DNA of 63,059 nucleotides from positions 1 to 63,059 of the forward strand of contig JAUZPR010000005.1 of NCBI GenBank assembly GCA_030705825.1, in the 5' to 3' direction. Every line of letters starts with the position of its first letter. Position 1 is the stretch's first letter. The translations under genes and the position numbers were made by a program. Positions 1 to 11,079 of the stretch are shown here, piece after piece. This stretch comes from Bacillota bacterium. Its GTDB lineage: Bacteria > Bacillota > Clostridia > Acetivibrionales > JANLFN01. Under the pieces are notes generated by a model. The model made no database searches. It saw only the letters and a program-made list of their open reading frames with translations, and was not told where the DNA came from.

Positions 1-85
1 TATTGCTTTTCGACTGTACACTGTCAATTGTACACTGTACACTTACATTTCAACTGTACACTGTCCACTGTCAACTATCAACTTG
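1..85 (-). repeat. Heptad-phased tandem array (about 11 units, ACAGTTG/ACAGTGT-like on the minus strand), cut by the window edge
   Basis: On the + strand CTGT/TTGT recurs at 14,21,28,35 and again at 54,61,68,75,82 (7-nt spacing, one phase slip). The first two units encode the last codons and TGA stop of ORF 71..286. Confidence 0.8.
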
Positions 86-286
86 AACACGGCTTCCCGG
101 CTGCAGCTTGGGATTTAAATATGCTTTCGGGGAAGTACTTATTATTCTGCTGATAACATATCCATCGTTCTGATCTCTGGATACCTGCACCTTTACACCC
201 AGATAGTCCATTTCCATTGTTTCCTGAGGTCTATATCCGGCGTCTCCAAAAATTACGTCCATAGGCATAATTGTATATAATATCAC
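71..286 (-). CDS. YlzJ-like small protein
   Basis: 71-aa ORF overlapping the stop of the upstream ClpP-like gene by 4 nt. Size and position after tepA match Bacillus ylzJ. Confidence 0.55.
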   Translation of the reverse strand: MILYTIMPMDVIFGDAGYRPQETMEMDYLGVKVQVSRDQNDGYVISRIISTSPKAYLNPKLQPGSRVQVDS

Positions 287-1053
287 TGTATTTCACTTCT
301 TTCTGTCTTGGCAGATAAATTGTTTTTCCTGTTCTCTTCAATATAGTCGTAAAGCTTTTTTAACGCATCTTCAAGTCCACCCGTTTCATTGATCAGACCG
401 TTTTTAACTGCTTCTTGACCAAATAGAACAGTGCCTACATCATTGGCAAGCTCACCTGTTTTTAGCATCAGTTCTCTGAACTTGTCTCTTGAAATTGTAG
501 AATTTTTTGAAACAAATTGTACTACCCTCTCCTGCATTTTATCAAAATACTCATATGTTTGAGGTACACCTACAATCATGCCATTTAATCTAATAGGATG
601 TATTGTCATTGTTGCCGATGGTGCAATAAAGGAGTAATCTGTAGAAACAGCCATAGGAACTCCTATGCTGTGTCCTCCTCCCAAAACTAACGATACAGTA
701 GGTTTGGACATGCTTGCTATCATTTCTGCAATAGCAAGACCAGCTTCAACATCCCCTCCTACCGTATTCAAAATAAGCAGTAGTCCGTCAATTGACATAT
801 CTTCCTCTATTGCAACCAGCTGTGGAATCACATGTTCATATTTTGTAGTTTTGTTTTGAGGCGGCAGGATTATATGACCCTCTATCTGCCCTATTATAGT
901 CAGACAGTGTATGTTTCCTTTCGGATTTGAAACAACTGAAGTTCCAAGTTCCTTTATTGCTTCTATCCCATCATTTTTTTCCTTGTTTTCACATTGCTGA
1001 TCTATTTCATTAACCGGGGTTCCGCCGAAGGTAACTTTGTTATTCCCTGTCAA
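283..1053 (-). CDS. tepA: ClpP-family serine protease-like protein (TepA / translocation-enhancing protein type)
   Basis: 256 aa. ClpP-fold segments [28 protein letters not shown] and GGGHSIG. Followed by a ylzJ-like ORF, as in Bacillus. Confidence 0.7.
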   Translation of the reverse strand: MTGNNKVTFGGTPVNEIDQQCENKEKNDGIEAIKELGTSVVSNPKGNIHCLTIIGQIEGHIILPPQNKTTKYEHVIPQLVAIEEDMSIDGLLLILNTVGGDVEAGLAIAEMIASMSKPTVSLVLGGGHSIGVPMAVSTDYSFIAPSATMTIHPIRLNGMIVGVPQTYEYFDKMQERVVQFVSKNSTISRDKFRELMLKTGELANDVGTVLFGQEAVKNGLINETGGLEDALKKLYDYIEENRKNNLSAKTERSEIQ

Positions 1054-1229
1054 ACCATCACATCCTTATCAATAAGCTGTCAACATATTTATTATTGATA
1101 AATTAGCAAAAAAAATTCTATTTTAAATTATTTTCAGCGAATTTATGACAAGAGACCAAAATATGACCAATTTCTGCTATAATAAAATTAAATTAGCGTT
1201 TTAATTTTTATATTCGGCTGGGTGATTTT

Positions 1230-1937
1230 ATGTATAAAATATTGGTCATTGAAGACGATGAAGCTTTAAGAAAGCTTGTTTGTCAATACCTTGATAAATA
1301 CGGATACATTACCGTAAAGGCAACTGATTTTCATAATATTGATTCATATATAGAAAAAACAGAAGCCGATCTAGTACTTCTTGATATAAATCTTCCCTAT
1401 TTTGACGGTTATTTTTTATGCAGGTTGATCCGTAAAAAATCAAAGGTTCCGATAATAATACTATCTGCAAGAAACGGCGAAATGGATCAGGTTCTTGCCC
1501 TGGAACTAGGTGCAGACGATTACCTTGTAAAACCATTTAACTTTGAAATAATGCACGCCAAGATTAAAGCAGCCCTTCGCAGAGCACACGGGGAATACTC
1601 AATAAAAGATGACTCCTCCCTCAGCAATAACGGTCTTGAAATTAATGAGCAGACCTTTAAAATTTCTTTTGGAAGCAAGTCAGCCGATCTTAGCAAAAAC
1701 GAATTCAAGCTACTTAAAGTTCTTATACAGAGCAAGGACAAGATTGTAAGCAGGGAGTCAATCCTTGAAGCCCTATGGGATGACAGCAGCTTTGTAGATG
1801 ACAATACTCTAACTGTTAATGTGACAAGGATTAAAGGGAAACTGCAGGAGTTGGGAATTACAAACGCAATAAAAACAAAAAGAGGTGCGGGTTATCTCTT
1901 CAATTCGGATTTTTCTGAAGGAGAAAAGAATGACTAG
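1230..1937 (+). CDS. OmpR-family response regulator (BceR-like)
   Basis: Receiver domain (LVIEDDE..., DLVLLDINLP) plus winged-helix C-terminus (TLTVNVTRIKGKL...RGAGY). Overlaps the kinase start by ATGA. Confidence 0.85.
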   Translation: MYKILVIEDDEALRKLVCQYLDKYGYITVKATDFHNIDSYIEKTEADLVLLDINLPYFDGYFLCRLIRKKSKVPIIILSARNGEMDQVLALELGADDYLVKPFNFEIMHAKIKAALRRAHGEYSIKDDSSLSNNGLEINEQTFKISFGSKSADLSKNEFKLLKVLIQSKDKIVSRESILEALWDDSSFVDDNTLTVNVTRIKGKLQELGITNAIKTKRGAGYLFNSDFSEGEKND

Positions 1938-2946
1938 AAAATTGTTTTTTAGCTTTATCAAAGATAAGACATCTTTCATTTTTCTTTATTTTGCAAACAG
2001 TATTTTTCTTATAGTTTTCTTTGAACTATCTACAAACGGCAGGTCAGAAATAATTTACCCTTTATTTATATCACTTTTCTTCTTTATTCTGTTATTGACA
2101 AATGACTGGTTCAAGTATAAGTCCTTTAACGAAAGTCTGATTAAAAGCACAGTCAATCCGCACATTGAGCTACAAGCAAATACATATGAACAGACTGCAG
2201 TGTCTGATACCATAAGAGCCATTCATTCAGGTTATTTAACCTCTATTGACAATCTGAAGCTTGATTTGCAAAACCGGAAACACTTTATTTCACAGTGGAT
2301 TCATAATATGAAAACACCCGTATCTGTAATAGATCTTATAATACAAAAAAGCTTATCCGAAAATGATAATCCAGAGGACGCTATAAAAAACATAAAAATG
2401 GAAAATGAAAAACTTTTTAATGGTCTCGAACAGGTATTGAGTTATCTAAGACTTGAAGAGTTTTCTACGGATTATGAGCCTGAAGTTGTTGATTTAGCTG
2501 TATTGATGAAAAATGTTATCAACAACAGAAAAACACAATTCATATACAGTAATGTATTCCCCAGGTTTGGAACAAGTCCTGAAAAGGTTCTTGTTCTTAC
2601 AGACCATAAATGGAATGAAATCCTTGTAGACCAAATACTATCGAATGCGATAAAATACTCCTTTGCTGAAGATAAGCCCAAAAATATCTATATAAACTTA
2701 AAGCAAGACATAGCTGCAACTATTCTGACTATAAGGGATGAGGGCATAGGTATTCCCCCCTATGACCTTGACAGGATATTTGAACCCTTCTTTACCGGCG
2801 AAAATGGGAGAAAATCCAGAAATTCAACAGGTATAGGTCTTTATATATGCTCCCTGATAGCAGAAAAGCTTGGTCATAAAATTGAAATTCAATCATCTGA
2901 AGGTTATGGAACAACTGTAACAATTTCCTACCTTTCAAAAATGTAA
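1930..2946 (+). CDS. Intramembrane-sensing histidine kinase (BceS-like)
   Basis: Two N-terminal TM segments with a very short loop, H-box WIHNMKTPVS, N/G boxes (LSNAIKYS, GIGLYI). Start moved to ATG 1930, which has AAGGAG 6 nt upstream; the track start 1885 lies inside the regulator gene. Confidence 0.8.
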   Translation: MTRKLFFSFIKDKTSFIFLYFANSIFLIVFFELSTNGRSEIIYPLFISLFFFILLLTNDWFKYKSFNESLIKSTVNPHIELQANTYEQTAVSDTIRAIHSGYLTSIDNLKLDLQNRKHFISQWIHNMKTPVSVIDLIIQKSLSENDNPEDAIKNIKMENEKLFNGLEQVLSYLRLEEFSTDYEPEVVDLAVLMKNVINNRKTQFIYSNVFPRFGTSPEKVLVLTDHKWNEILVDQILSNAIKYSFAEDKPKNIYINLKQDIAATILTIRDEGIGIPPYDLDRIFEPFFTGENGRKSRNSTGIGLYICSLIAEKLGHKIEIQSSEGYGTTVTISYLSKM

Positions 2947-3036
2947 GCTTTCCAAAAGGTAATTCAATGGTACATGACTCTCTTTTACTTTAAACTAAAA
3001 ACGAAAACATTAATTTGATTTTTTTGGAGGTTTTAT

Positions 3037-3801
3037 ATGAACGTTTTAAGTGCAGTAAACTTGCAAAAGGTTTATGGTGGAAGAGATGAAGCTAATACAA
3101 CAAAGGCTTTAAACGGTCTTAACCTGAAAATTGAGAGCGGTGAGTTCATCGGTGTAATGGGTCCTTCAGGCAGCGGAAAAACAACACTTCTTAACATATT
3201 GAGCGGAATAGATAAACCTACGTCAGGAACAGTTGAAATAAGCGGTAAAAACCTGATAGAAATGGATAATGACCAACTTGCAGTTTTTAGAAGGCAAAAG
3301 CTTGGCTTTGTTTTTCAGGATTTCAATCTTATTGACAGCCTTACAATAAAGGAAAATATAATACTCCCTCTTATTCTTGATAAGAGAAGTCCTGAACAAA
3401 TGGAAGCAAGAGCAAACGCTGTAATGTCTCTATTTGAGATAGACGGGATAGCAGACAAATATCCTTACAACGTTTCTGGAGGCCAGCAGCAGAGAACAGC
3501 TGTCAGCCGTGCAATAATAAATCATCCTGATATTGTCTTTGCAGATGAACCCACTGGTAATCTTGATTCAAAATCTTCAACATCTGTTATGAAATGTCTT
3601 GAAAGAATGAATACCGAAAATAATTCTACAATTCTTATGGTTACACATGATTCCTTTGCCGCAAGCTACTGTAAAAAAATAATCTTCATAAAGGACGGCA
3701 CCATAAATATGGAAATTGTTCGCAAGGGTACACGGAAGGAATTTTTCGACCGGATTCTCGATTGCCTTGCAGTGCTTGGGGGTGAGCGCAATGACATTTA
3801 G
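3037..3801 (+). CDS. ABC transporter ATP-binding protein (BceA-like)
   Basis: Walker A GPSGSGKTT, signature VSGGQQQR, Walker B IVFADEPTGNLD. Confidence 0.9.
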   Translation: MNVLSAVNLQKVYGGRDEANTTKALNGLNLKIESGEFIGVMGPSGSGKTTLLNILSGIDKPTSGTVEISGKNLIEMDNDQLAVFRRQKLGFVFQDFNLIDSLTIKENIILPLILDKRSPEQMEARANAVMSLFEIDGIADKYPYNVSGGQQQRTAVSRAIINHPDIVFADEPTGNLDSKSSTSVMKCLERMNTENNSTILMVTHDSFAASYCKKIIFIKDGTINMEIVRKGTRKEFFDRILDCLAVLGGERNDI

Positions 3802-5740
3802 GGATATTGCGGTTAAGAACCTTAAGTCGCATATAAGAAAATATCTGGCTTACTTTTTATGTAGCAGTTTTTCGGTGATGGTCATATTCATGTTCTCTAC
3901 CCTGATTTTTAACAAGCAGCTTACTGACTTCTGCAAAATGATAAACGTATCTTTCATTACTTATTTTTCACTTGTAGCGGTTATTATTTTTGCGATATTT
4001 TTTATCAATTATGCACATACAACCTTTATCAGATCCAGATATAAAGAATTTGCCCTGTATATGACACTAGGGATGACTAAAAAGGATATTAACAGGATTA
4101 TTCTTGTAGAAAACAGCTTGATTTTGATTTTTTCAATGCTTATAGGCTTTATTTCAGGAGTATTGTTTTCAAGGCTGTTTCAGATGATTTTAATGAAGCT
4201 TATCAATCTAAAGAAAGTTGATTTTGCCTTTGACTTTAGAAGCTTTCTTATTACATTTTTAACATTTACTTTAATATATGTAACAGTGATTATTCTCAGT
4301 CGCCTTTCAACAAGAAAACTTGAGATATCTGAATTACTCAAACACAGCAGGAAGATAAAATCGGAAAAAAGCTCCATAATAATAGGTATAACCGGTATAG
4401 CTATAATAATAGTTTCATCTATAACATTACTTTTTATTGCAAATAACAGGGACCTTAACAATATGCTTACCTTTATGTCATACTTTATTATAGCCTTTAC
4501 AGGAGTATATCTTACCATTTCCAACTTTGGACCGCTTGCAGTAAAAATCATAAAACGCAGAAAAGGCTTGTACTACAAAAATTTGTTGAGTATAAATGAA
4601 ATTGACTCGAAATTCTCTCAAAATAAAAAAATATTATTGGTTTTGTGTGTGTTAAGTTCAATTATAATATTCTCTGTGGCTTCACCTTTTGCGTTGTATC
4701 AGCAATCCCACAATATTGCACTTAATACCTCCCCAAGCCATATTGAATATGCTTCAGTAGCAGGTGTCAATGAAATAAACCGGAACGATCTGGATACCAT
4801 TTTAAAGAATTCAGATACAATGTTTACCGGAGAAAAATCGATTGAATTCCTTAAGCTTGATTATAAAGGCGGTGGAGACAAATATGACCTGCTGGGAATC
4901 AAACCTGTTGTATCTGCCAGCACATATAACAGCTTTTTAGATAAGCAACTGGTTGTTCCTGAAGGTAAAGCTGTAAATATTATCACTGCATGGGAACCAG
5001 GTTATCATGGACTCCCTTCCGGAAGTCGGATAGAATTTGTATCAGGGAATAAATCGTTCACGTATGAAATTCAAACTTCCTCAAAGGGAACCTTCATTGC
5101 AGATGGTAATGTTTTTCCCTCCAGCTCTGGAATAATTCTGAATGATAAGGATTACGAGCGTATAAAAGCAGCATCAGCTTCAGATGTTATTGGTTCATTC
5201 AAGGTTTTTATGTTTGAAGATTGGAAGAAAACCGGAAACGTTATTGAAAACCTTAAAAAGGTCTTTACCGGGTCTAATTCCAAATTATCAAACCCGGTTG
5301 CCGCAAACATGTTCAAACTTTCTTCAACCCTTGACACCTATGGAAACCTAAAAAAAGTATATTCTGTAATGCTGTTCATATTCAGTTTTATGGGACTACT
5401 GTTTATAATAACCTCGGGAAGCGTACTGTATTTCAAACAATATACCGAGCTTGCTGAGACAAAAGCCAAGTTCGGTAAATTGTATAAAATAGGTATACAG
5501 AAAAAAGAAATTAAAACTATAATATCCCGCGAACTTCTTATGACTTTCTTTAGTCCTTTGGTTTTTGGAGCTATCGTAGGTTATTCGGCAATGTATCTTA
5601 TGACATTTATGGTAGGCGGCAGTTTTATTCTTGCTCCTTTTATGGAGTTTGCATCCTTGGCTATAATTGCATACTTTTTGTTCCAGGTAGTCTTTTATTT
5701 GATAACACGGAAGAAGTATGTCAGAGAAATAACCGGTTAA
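3791..5740 (+). CDS. FtsX-family ABC permease with large extracellular domain (BceB-like)
   Basis: About 650 aa with multiple TM helices and a roughly 200-aa hydrophilic insert (about residues 330-540). Start at ATG 3791 (GGGGTGAG upstream) overlaps the ATPase stop. Confidence 0.8.
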   Translation: MTFRDIAVKNLKSHIRKYLAYFLCSSFSVMVIFMFSTLIFNKQLTDFCKMINVSFITYFSLVAVIIFAIFFINYAHTTFIRSRYKEFALYMTLGMTKKDINRIILVENSLILIFSMLIGFISGVLFSRLFQMILMKLINLKKVDFAFDFRSFLITFLTFTLIYVTVIILSRLSTRKLEISELLKHSRKIKSEKSSIIIGITGIAIIIVSSITLLFIANNRDLNNMLTFMSYFIIAFTGVYLTISNFGPLAVKIIKRRKGLYYKNLLSINEIDSKFSQNKKILLVLCVLSSIIIFSVASPFALYQQSHNIALNTSPSHIEYASVAGVNEINRNDLDTILKNSDTMFTGEKSIEFLKLDYKGGGDKYDLLGIKPVVSASTYNSFLDKQLVVPEGKAVNIITAWEPGYHGLPSGSRIEFVSGNKSFTYEIQTSSKGTFIADGNVFPSSSGIILNDKDYERIKAASASDVIGSFKVFMFEDWKKTGNVIENLKKVFTGSNSKLSNPVAANMFKLSSTLDTYGNLKKVYSVMLFIFSFMGLLFIITSGSVLYFKQYTELAETKAKFGKLYKIGIQKKEIKTIISRELLMTFFSPLVFGAIVGYSAMYLMTFMVGGSFILAPFMEFASLAIIAYFLFQVVFYLITRKKYVREITG

Positions 5741-5757
5741 TCTGTTAAACAAATTTT

Positions 5758-5798
5758 AAGGGTGGAACATATCAATTATGTAGTATGCTCCACCCCTT
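5758..5798. terminator. Hairpin between convergent bceB-like and dpaB genes (probable bidirectional terminator)
   Basis: AAGGGTGGAACAT ... ATGCTCCACCCCTT imperfect inverted repeat flanked by A/T-rich runs. Confidence 0.5.
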
Positions 5799-5817
5799 AT
5801 GATTTTTATACATTGTA

Positions 5818-6396
5818 TTAAACTAAAAGCGGCTGCAGTTGGTTGCCTTTAAGTGCTTCCTGAATGGTAGGAATAATCTGGTCAAATTGTGCAATGAGAG
5901 AATTGCACTTCTTTATCGGGTCATCCTGCCCGAATGGTACGAAGAACACATATTTCATATTTAACAGTGTACCAAGATTTTTAGCATTATTACTGAGTCC
6001 ATCATTTGTTGAAATTGTTATAATTAATGGTCGTTGATTCCGCAAATGAGCCTTGCAGGCCATTGTTACAGGTGTATCTATTATTGCATTTGCAAGCTTG
6101 CTCAAAGTATTCCCGGTACATGGCGCAACTACAAGAACATCAAAAAGCTTTTTAGGGCCTATTGGTTCTGCATCAATAATTGTTGTTATAATGTCATGTC
6201 CTGTTAACTTCATTACTTTATCTTTAAAATCTCCGGCAGCGCCGAATCTGGTATCAAACTCACTTACAGAGTATGAAAATATACATTGTACATCTGCACC
6301 CTCTGCTACTATTTTCTCGATTTCCTCTAGAAGCCTGTCGAAGGTGCAAAATGAACCTGAAACAGCTATCCCTATTTTTAGACCCTCCAAAAGCAT
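5818..6396 (-). CDS. dpaB: Dipicolinate synthase subunit B
   Basis: 192-aa flavoprotein-fold protein (IGIAVSGSFCTF, APCTGNTLSKLANAI) directly after the subunit A gene. Confidence 0.85.
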   Translation of the reverse strand: MLLEGLKIGIAVSGSFCTFDRLLEEIEKIVAEGADVQCIFSYSVSEFDTRFGAAGDFKDKVMKLTGHDIITTIIDAEPIGPKKLFDVLVVAPCTGNTLSKLANAIIDTPVTMACKAHLRNQRPLIITISTNDGLSNNAKNLGTLLNMKYVFFVPFGQDDPIKKCNSLIAQFDQIIPTIQEALKGNQLQPLLV

Positions 6397-6399
6397 AAG

Positions 6400-7272
6400 T
6401 CATACCCCCAATTCATCAATTATGTTATATACGGTATCTTTTATGAATTTTGCTGCAGTTACGGGAGCAACTTTTCCCGGAAGTGACAAAGCCCATATTG
6501 CCTTAAGTCCCAGCAACTTTGCTTTTTCAAAATCCACTCCTCCCGGTTTAGAAGCAAGGTCTATTATAAGACAATCCTTTCTTACCAGGTTCAGCATATC
6601 CTGACCTAAAACAATACTTGGAATTGTATTAATAATTACATCCATTTTATGAAGGAAGTTTGAAAGCTCATTAATATTAACAGGATTATAGCCAAAGCTT
6701 CTTATGGAAGCCAGATCGGAGTGTTTTCTCGCTTCTGCATATACATTTGCACCTATACCATTCAACATTTTTGCAAGTATTTTGCCTATCCTGCCATATC
6801 CTAAAATAAGTACATCAGAGTCATGCAATGTAATAGGCAGCTCCTCCATTGCAATTTGTATGGCACCCTCCGCAGTTGGTATTGTATTGAGAATTGCCAT
6901 CTCTTCCCTTTGCAGTATATCGATGGAATAGACATTGCACACCTGTGCAAGCTGCGCTATCTTGTCACTTATCCGCCCAGCAATAAATAACTGGTTTTTG
7001 TTCATAATCTTAAAGATATCATGTATGTATATTTTATCCGGATTGAATTGTGCGTTAATGGTTTCGTTATCATTTGAACATGGTATGGGTCCTATTATTA
7101 CATCAGAATCGTCTATAGCATCCTTAAGATCAGGGCACTCATCCATCCCCAACTCAAAACCGGCATTTTTGAAACCATATATGTTAACTGAATTACCTTC
7201 CTGGGCAATAAGATTAGCTAATTTCACGTTTCTTAAATCTCCCCCGAGGATGGTAAACTTTTTGTTATTCAT
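6400..7272 (-). CDS. dpaA: Dipicolinate synthase subunit A
   Basis: 290 aa with Rossmann motif ILGYGRIGK. Gene order M16 peptidase-dpaA-dpaB matches the Bacillus spoVF region. Confidence 0.85.
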   Translation of the reverse strand: MNNKKFTILGGDLRNVKLANLIAQEGNSVNIYGFKNAGFELGMDECPDLKDAIDDSDVIIGPIPCSNDNETINAQFNPDKIYIHDIFKIMNKNQLFIAGRISDKIAQLAQVCNVYSIDILQREEMAILNTIPTAEGAIQIAMEELPITLHDSDVLILGYGRIGKILAKMLNGIGANVYAEARKHSDLASIRSFGYNPVNINELSNFLHKMDVIINTIPSIVLGQDMLNLVRKDCLIIDLASKPGGVDFEKAKLLGLKAIWALSLPGKVAPVTAAKFIKDTVYNIIDELGV

Positions 7273-7481
7273 ACCTTTAACCCTCCAGTTATATAATAAA
7301 TGTTTATGTAAATTTTATTTTATATTGGTATAAAGAAAAATTTTAATTAAATACGTTACATTCTACATTTATTAAAAGTCTTTTGACATTTATATATTTT
7401 ATGTATCGCACATTTCCCTAGTGCTTGAACAAAAAACATAAAGCATAAAGTTTCCGAGAAATTATAGACCTGGATATAGAT

Positions 7482-7511
7482 AAAAAAAAGGAACCGGTTT
7501 TGACCGATTCC
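7482..7511 (-). terminator. Intrinsic terminator after the M16 peptidase gene
   Basis: Minus strand GGAATCGG-TCAAAA-CCGGTTCC followed by U8. Confidence 0.7.
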
Positions 7512-7539
7512 TTAAGACTGGTATTATATAGAATTGAAT

Positions 7540-8793
7540 TTAAATATAATTTTTAAAGTTAATTTCTCCCTTGATATTTCCTACAGCGGTAAAGCCGATA
7601 TTATTTATATCAAGAACCTGTTCAAGTACATTGTTTACCCTTTCCATATTGATTTGTTCTATCTTGAACAAAATTTCTTCCGGGGTATTTATTTTACCCA
7701 GCAAAAGCTCTGACTTTCCTATACTGTTCATTCTGCTGCTTGTACTTTCAAGTCCCAGAATATAATTGCCTTTTAGCTGTTCTTTTGACTTGGCAAGCTC
7801 CTCAGGCTTTATTCCGTCTTTTTTTATTTCCTTAATCTCTTTAATGATCATTTTTAATACCTGATTTACGTGTTCAGGTTTCATTCCTGCATATACGGTA
7901 AATAATCCTGCATTTTTATATGACGATGGATAGGAATATATGGAATATACAAGCCCTTTTGCTTCTCTTATTTTCTGAAAAAGCCGTGAACTCATGCCTC
8001 CGCCCAGAATATTGTTAACTGCAAGCAAGGTGTATAGTTCATCATTTCCGTGTTCTATACCTTTAAATCCCATACAAATATGGACCTGTTCGGTTTCCTT
8101 GCTTTTTATTCTTGTGTTTGGCATAAATTCAGCATTTTCGTTGGTTTCTCCTTTAGTACACTTTCCCTTCCATGAACTGAAGGCTTTTGTGAGAAGCTCC
8201 AGTAAAACGTCATCATCGTAATTTCCTGCCACAGCTATAACTGTATTTTGCGGAGTATAATTGCAGGCAATATAGTTTTTGATTTTCTCTCTGTCCACAT
8301 TTTCAAGGCATTCCTTGGTACCCAGTATGGGATACCCAAGAGGGTTCCCGTCCCATACCGTTTCAGACAGGATATCGTGTACCAGTTCCTCGGGAGAATC
8401 CTCGTACATACCTATCTCTTCAAGTATTACCTTTCTCTCTACATCCATATCGGTTTTAGAGAACTTTGAATTGAAAAACATGTCTGAAAGAATATCTATA
8501 GCTATATCAATATGTGTATCAAGCGTTTTAGTATAATAGCACGTACATTCCTTACCTGTAAATGCATTAATCTGCCCGCCGATATTATCAATGATCTCCG
8601 CAATTTCTTTTGCAGTCCTGTTCCTCGTACCCTTGAAAAGCATATGCTCAATAAAGTGAGAAATACCATTGTTAGTGGTATTCTCATTTCTTGAACCTGT
8701 AGCAACCCAAATACCCACTGATACAGATCTCATATATGGTATTTTTTCACATACAATCCTGACTCCGTTTTTTAGAACGATTTTTTTATACAT
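7540..8793 (-). CDS. M16-family zinc peptidase (YmxG/MlpA-like)
   Basis: 417 aa with inverted zinc motif HFIEHMLFKG (HxxEH). Located downstream of pnp as in Bacillus. Confidence 0.85.
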   Translation of the reverse strand: MYKKIVLKNGVRIVCEKIPYMRSVSVGIWVATGSRNENTTNNGISHFIEHMLFKGTRNRTAKEIAEIIDNIGGQINAFTGKECTCYYTKTLDTHIDIAIDILSDMFFNSKFSKTDMDVERKVILEEIGMYEDSPEELVHDILSETVWDGNPLGYPILGTKECLENVDREKIKNYIACNYTPQNTVIAVAGNYDDDVLLELLTKAFSSWKGKCTKGETNENAEFMPNTRIKSKETEQVHICMGFKGIEHGNDELYTLLAVNNILGGGMSSRLFQKIREAKGLVYSIYSYPSSYKNAGLFTVYAGMKPEHVNQVLKMIIKEIKEIKKDGIKPEELAKSKEQLKGNYILGLESTSSRMNSIGKSELLLGKINTPEEILFKIEQINMERVNNVLEQVLDINNIGFTAVGNIKGEINFKNYI

Positions 8794-8820
8794 ATATCCT
8801 CCGGTCTTTCTATATCAGGA

Positions 8821-10941
8821 TTATTTTGCTTCTTCAGGGTTAGGACTTGTTTCTGCTGCCATGGCATCTTTTCTGGAAAGGTTGATTCTTCCCTGCTTGT
8901 CAATCTCAACTACTTTAACCAGGATCTCGTCACCAACATTGACTACATCCTCAACCTTTGCAACTCTCTTTGTATCAAGCTTTGAAATATGGACAAGTCC
9001 TTCCTTGCCCGGAAGGATTTCTACAAATGCACCGAAGGTCATGATTCTTACAACCTTGCCCATGTATACCTGTCCTACTTCGGCATCCTTTGCTATTCCT
9101 TCTATTATCTTAATAGCCTTCATTCCGGCTTTTGCATCAGTACAAGCGACATAAACCTTTCCTGTTTCTTCAATATCAATTTTAACGCCGGTTTCGGCAA
9201 TTATTTTATTGATCATTTTTCCGCCAGGTCCGATAACATCTCTTATCTTGTCAGGATCGATGCTGGTTGTATATATTTTGGGTGCGTATTGCGAAAGCTC
9301 CTTCTTAGGCTCTGCAATAGCCTTAAGAATAACATCGTTTATTATTTGCATTCTGCCTTTATTAGTAAGTTCGAATGCTTGTTTGATTATTTCTTCGGTC
9401 AAGCCTTCTACCTTAATATCCATTTGAATAGCTGTAATTCCGTTTTTGGTACCTGCTACCTTGAAGTCCATGTCACCGAAGAAGTCCTCTATACCTTGAA
9501 TATCCATGAAGGTTACAAACCTGTCGGGGTTATTCTCATCAATAACCAATCCTGACGATATTCCGGCTACAGGGTTTTTAATGGGCACACCGGCATCCAT
9601 AAGAGCAAGTGTACTTCCGCAAACGCTTCCTTGTGAGGTTGATCCGTTTGACATCAATACTTCTGAAACAAGTCTTATAGTATATGGGAATTCTTCCTGA
9701 TTTGGTATAACAGGTTCCAGTGCCCTTTCTGCAAGAGCTCCGTGGCCTATTTCCCTTCTTCCGGGTCCTCTTGAAGTCTTGGCTTCACCGACACTGTATC
9801 CGGGGAAATTATAATGGTGCATATATCTCTTTGTTTCTTCAAGTTCAAGCCCGTCAAGCATCTGAACATCGCCTAAAGCACCAAGTGTTACAGTTGTAAG
9901 AACTTGTGTCTGTCCTCTCTGGAACAGCCCTGAACCATGTGTTCTCGGAAGAATTGATACACCGGCGCTGAGAGGCCTGATTTGATCCAGGCTCCTGCCG
10001 TCAACTCTTTTATGTTCTTCCAGAATATATTCTCTTACTACCTTCTTTTCAAGCTTGTAAATTGCATCATTAAGCATCCTGTCGCTTTCCGGATAGGTTT
10101 CGGCAAAATGTTCCTTTACTTCCTCTGTAAGCTTTGTGATGTTTTGATCTCTTACAGATTTATCATCAGTTAAAACTGCAGTTCTCATTTTATCATAGGC
10201 AAATTCCTTAACTGCTTTAAATACATCAGCGGGAACATCCGCAGATATATATTCAAATTTCGGTTTGCCTATCTCTTTAACTATGCTGTTGATGAATTCA
10301 ACAATTTTAATTATCTCATTATGGCCGTCTCTGATAGCTTTAAGCATTACATCATCCGGAACTTCGTTTGCGCCGGCTTCAATCATTGTAACCTTATCCT
10401 TTGTACCGGCAAGAGTAACATACATCTGACTCTTTTCCCTCTGTACCGAATTCGGATTTATTACAACGTTCCCATCAACAAGTCCTAAAACTACTCCACC
10501 GATAGGACCCTTGAACGGAATATCGGAAATGGACAAAGCAATTGAAGTACCTATCATGGCAGCAATTTCAGGAGAATTGTCCTGATCCACCGACATAACG
10601 GTATTAACAACAACAACATCATTTCTCAAATCCTTTGGAAAGAGCGGACGAATTGGTCTGTCAATAACCCTTGATGTAAGAATTGCCTTTTCTGTGGGTT
10701 TTCCTTCCCTTTTGATAAACCCTCCGGGTATTTTTCCGACTGAATAAAGTCTTTCTTCATAGTCAACACTCAGCGGGAAAAAGTCAATACCATCTCTTGG
10801 CTGTGCAGATGCAGTGGCAGTTGACAGAACAACTGTTTCTCCATATCGTACGAGACATGAACCATTTGCAAATTGAGCCAGCTTGCCGGTTTCAACCGTT
10901 AAATTCCTTCCGGCAAGTTCTGTAGTAAATGTTTTTTGCAT
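8821..10941 (-). CDS. pnp: Polyribonucleotide nucleotidyltransferase (PNPase)
   Basis: 706 aa with two RNase PH domains ([17 protein letters not shown]), then KH and S1 domains ([18 protein letters not shown]). Confidence 0.97.
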   Translation of the reverse strand: MQKTFTTELAGRNLTVETGKLAQFANGSCLVRYGETVVLSTATASAQPRDGIDFFPLSVDYEERLYSVGKIPGGFIKREGKPTEKAILTSRVIDRPIRPLFPKDLRNDVVVVNTVMSVDQDNSPEIAAMIGTSIALSISDIPFKGPIGGVVLGLVDGNVVINPNSVQREKSQMYVTLAGTKDKVTMIEAGANEVPDDVMLKAIRDGHNEIIKIVEFINSIVKEIGKPKFEYISADVPADVFKAVKEFAYDKMRTAVLTDDKSVRDQNITKLTEEVKEHFAETYPESDRMLNDAIYKLEKKVVREYILEEHKRVDGRSLDQIRPLSAGVSILPRTHGSGLFQRGQTQVLTTVTLGALGDVQMLDGLELEETKRYMHHYNFPGYSVGEAKTSRGPGRREIGHGALAERALEPVIPNQEEFPYTIRLVSEVLMSNGSTSQGSVCGSTLALMDAGVPIKNPVAGISSGLVIDENNPDRFVTFMDIQGIEDFFGDMDFKVAGTKNGITAIQMDIKVEGLTEEIIKQAFELTNKGRMQIINDVILKAIAEPKKELSQYAPKIYTTSIDPDKIRDVIGPGGKMINKIIAETGVKIDIEETGKVYVACTDAKAGMKAIKIIEGIAKDAEVGQVYMGKVVRIMTFGAFVEILPGKEGLVHISKLDTKRVAKVEDVVNVGDEILVKVVEIDKQGRINLSRKDAMAAETSPNPEEAK

Positions 10942-11079
10942 ATATTATCCTCCATGTTTTATATTTACTACAGACGTATATAACGACGTACGGCAGGTTT
11001 AAAATCAAGGCTTAGGTTGAGGTTAAGGCAAGAACTGAATTAATTGACAATTATTTAATTAAGGTTTCACATTTATTCA

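Noticed and set aside
1885-1929. Track-proposed upstream starts: kinase 1885, cotJB 14966, permease 3716, aroB 33909, multidomain GGDEF-EAL 28012, spoIVB 48798, xseA 58778, nusB 59316, zinc-finger gene 30998, HlyD-like 41559
   Set aside because: In each case the extension overlaps the preceding gene or its RBS and lacks a Shine-Dalgarno sequence. An internal ATG or GTG with a well-spaced GGAGG-like RBS begins the conserved part of the protein.
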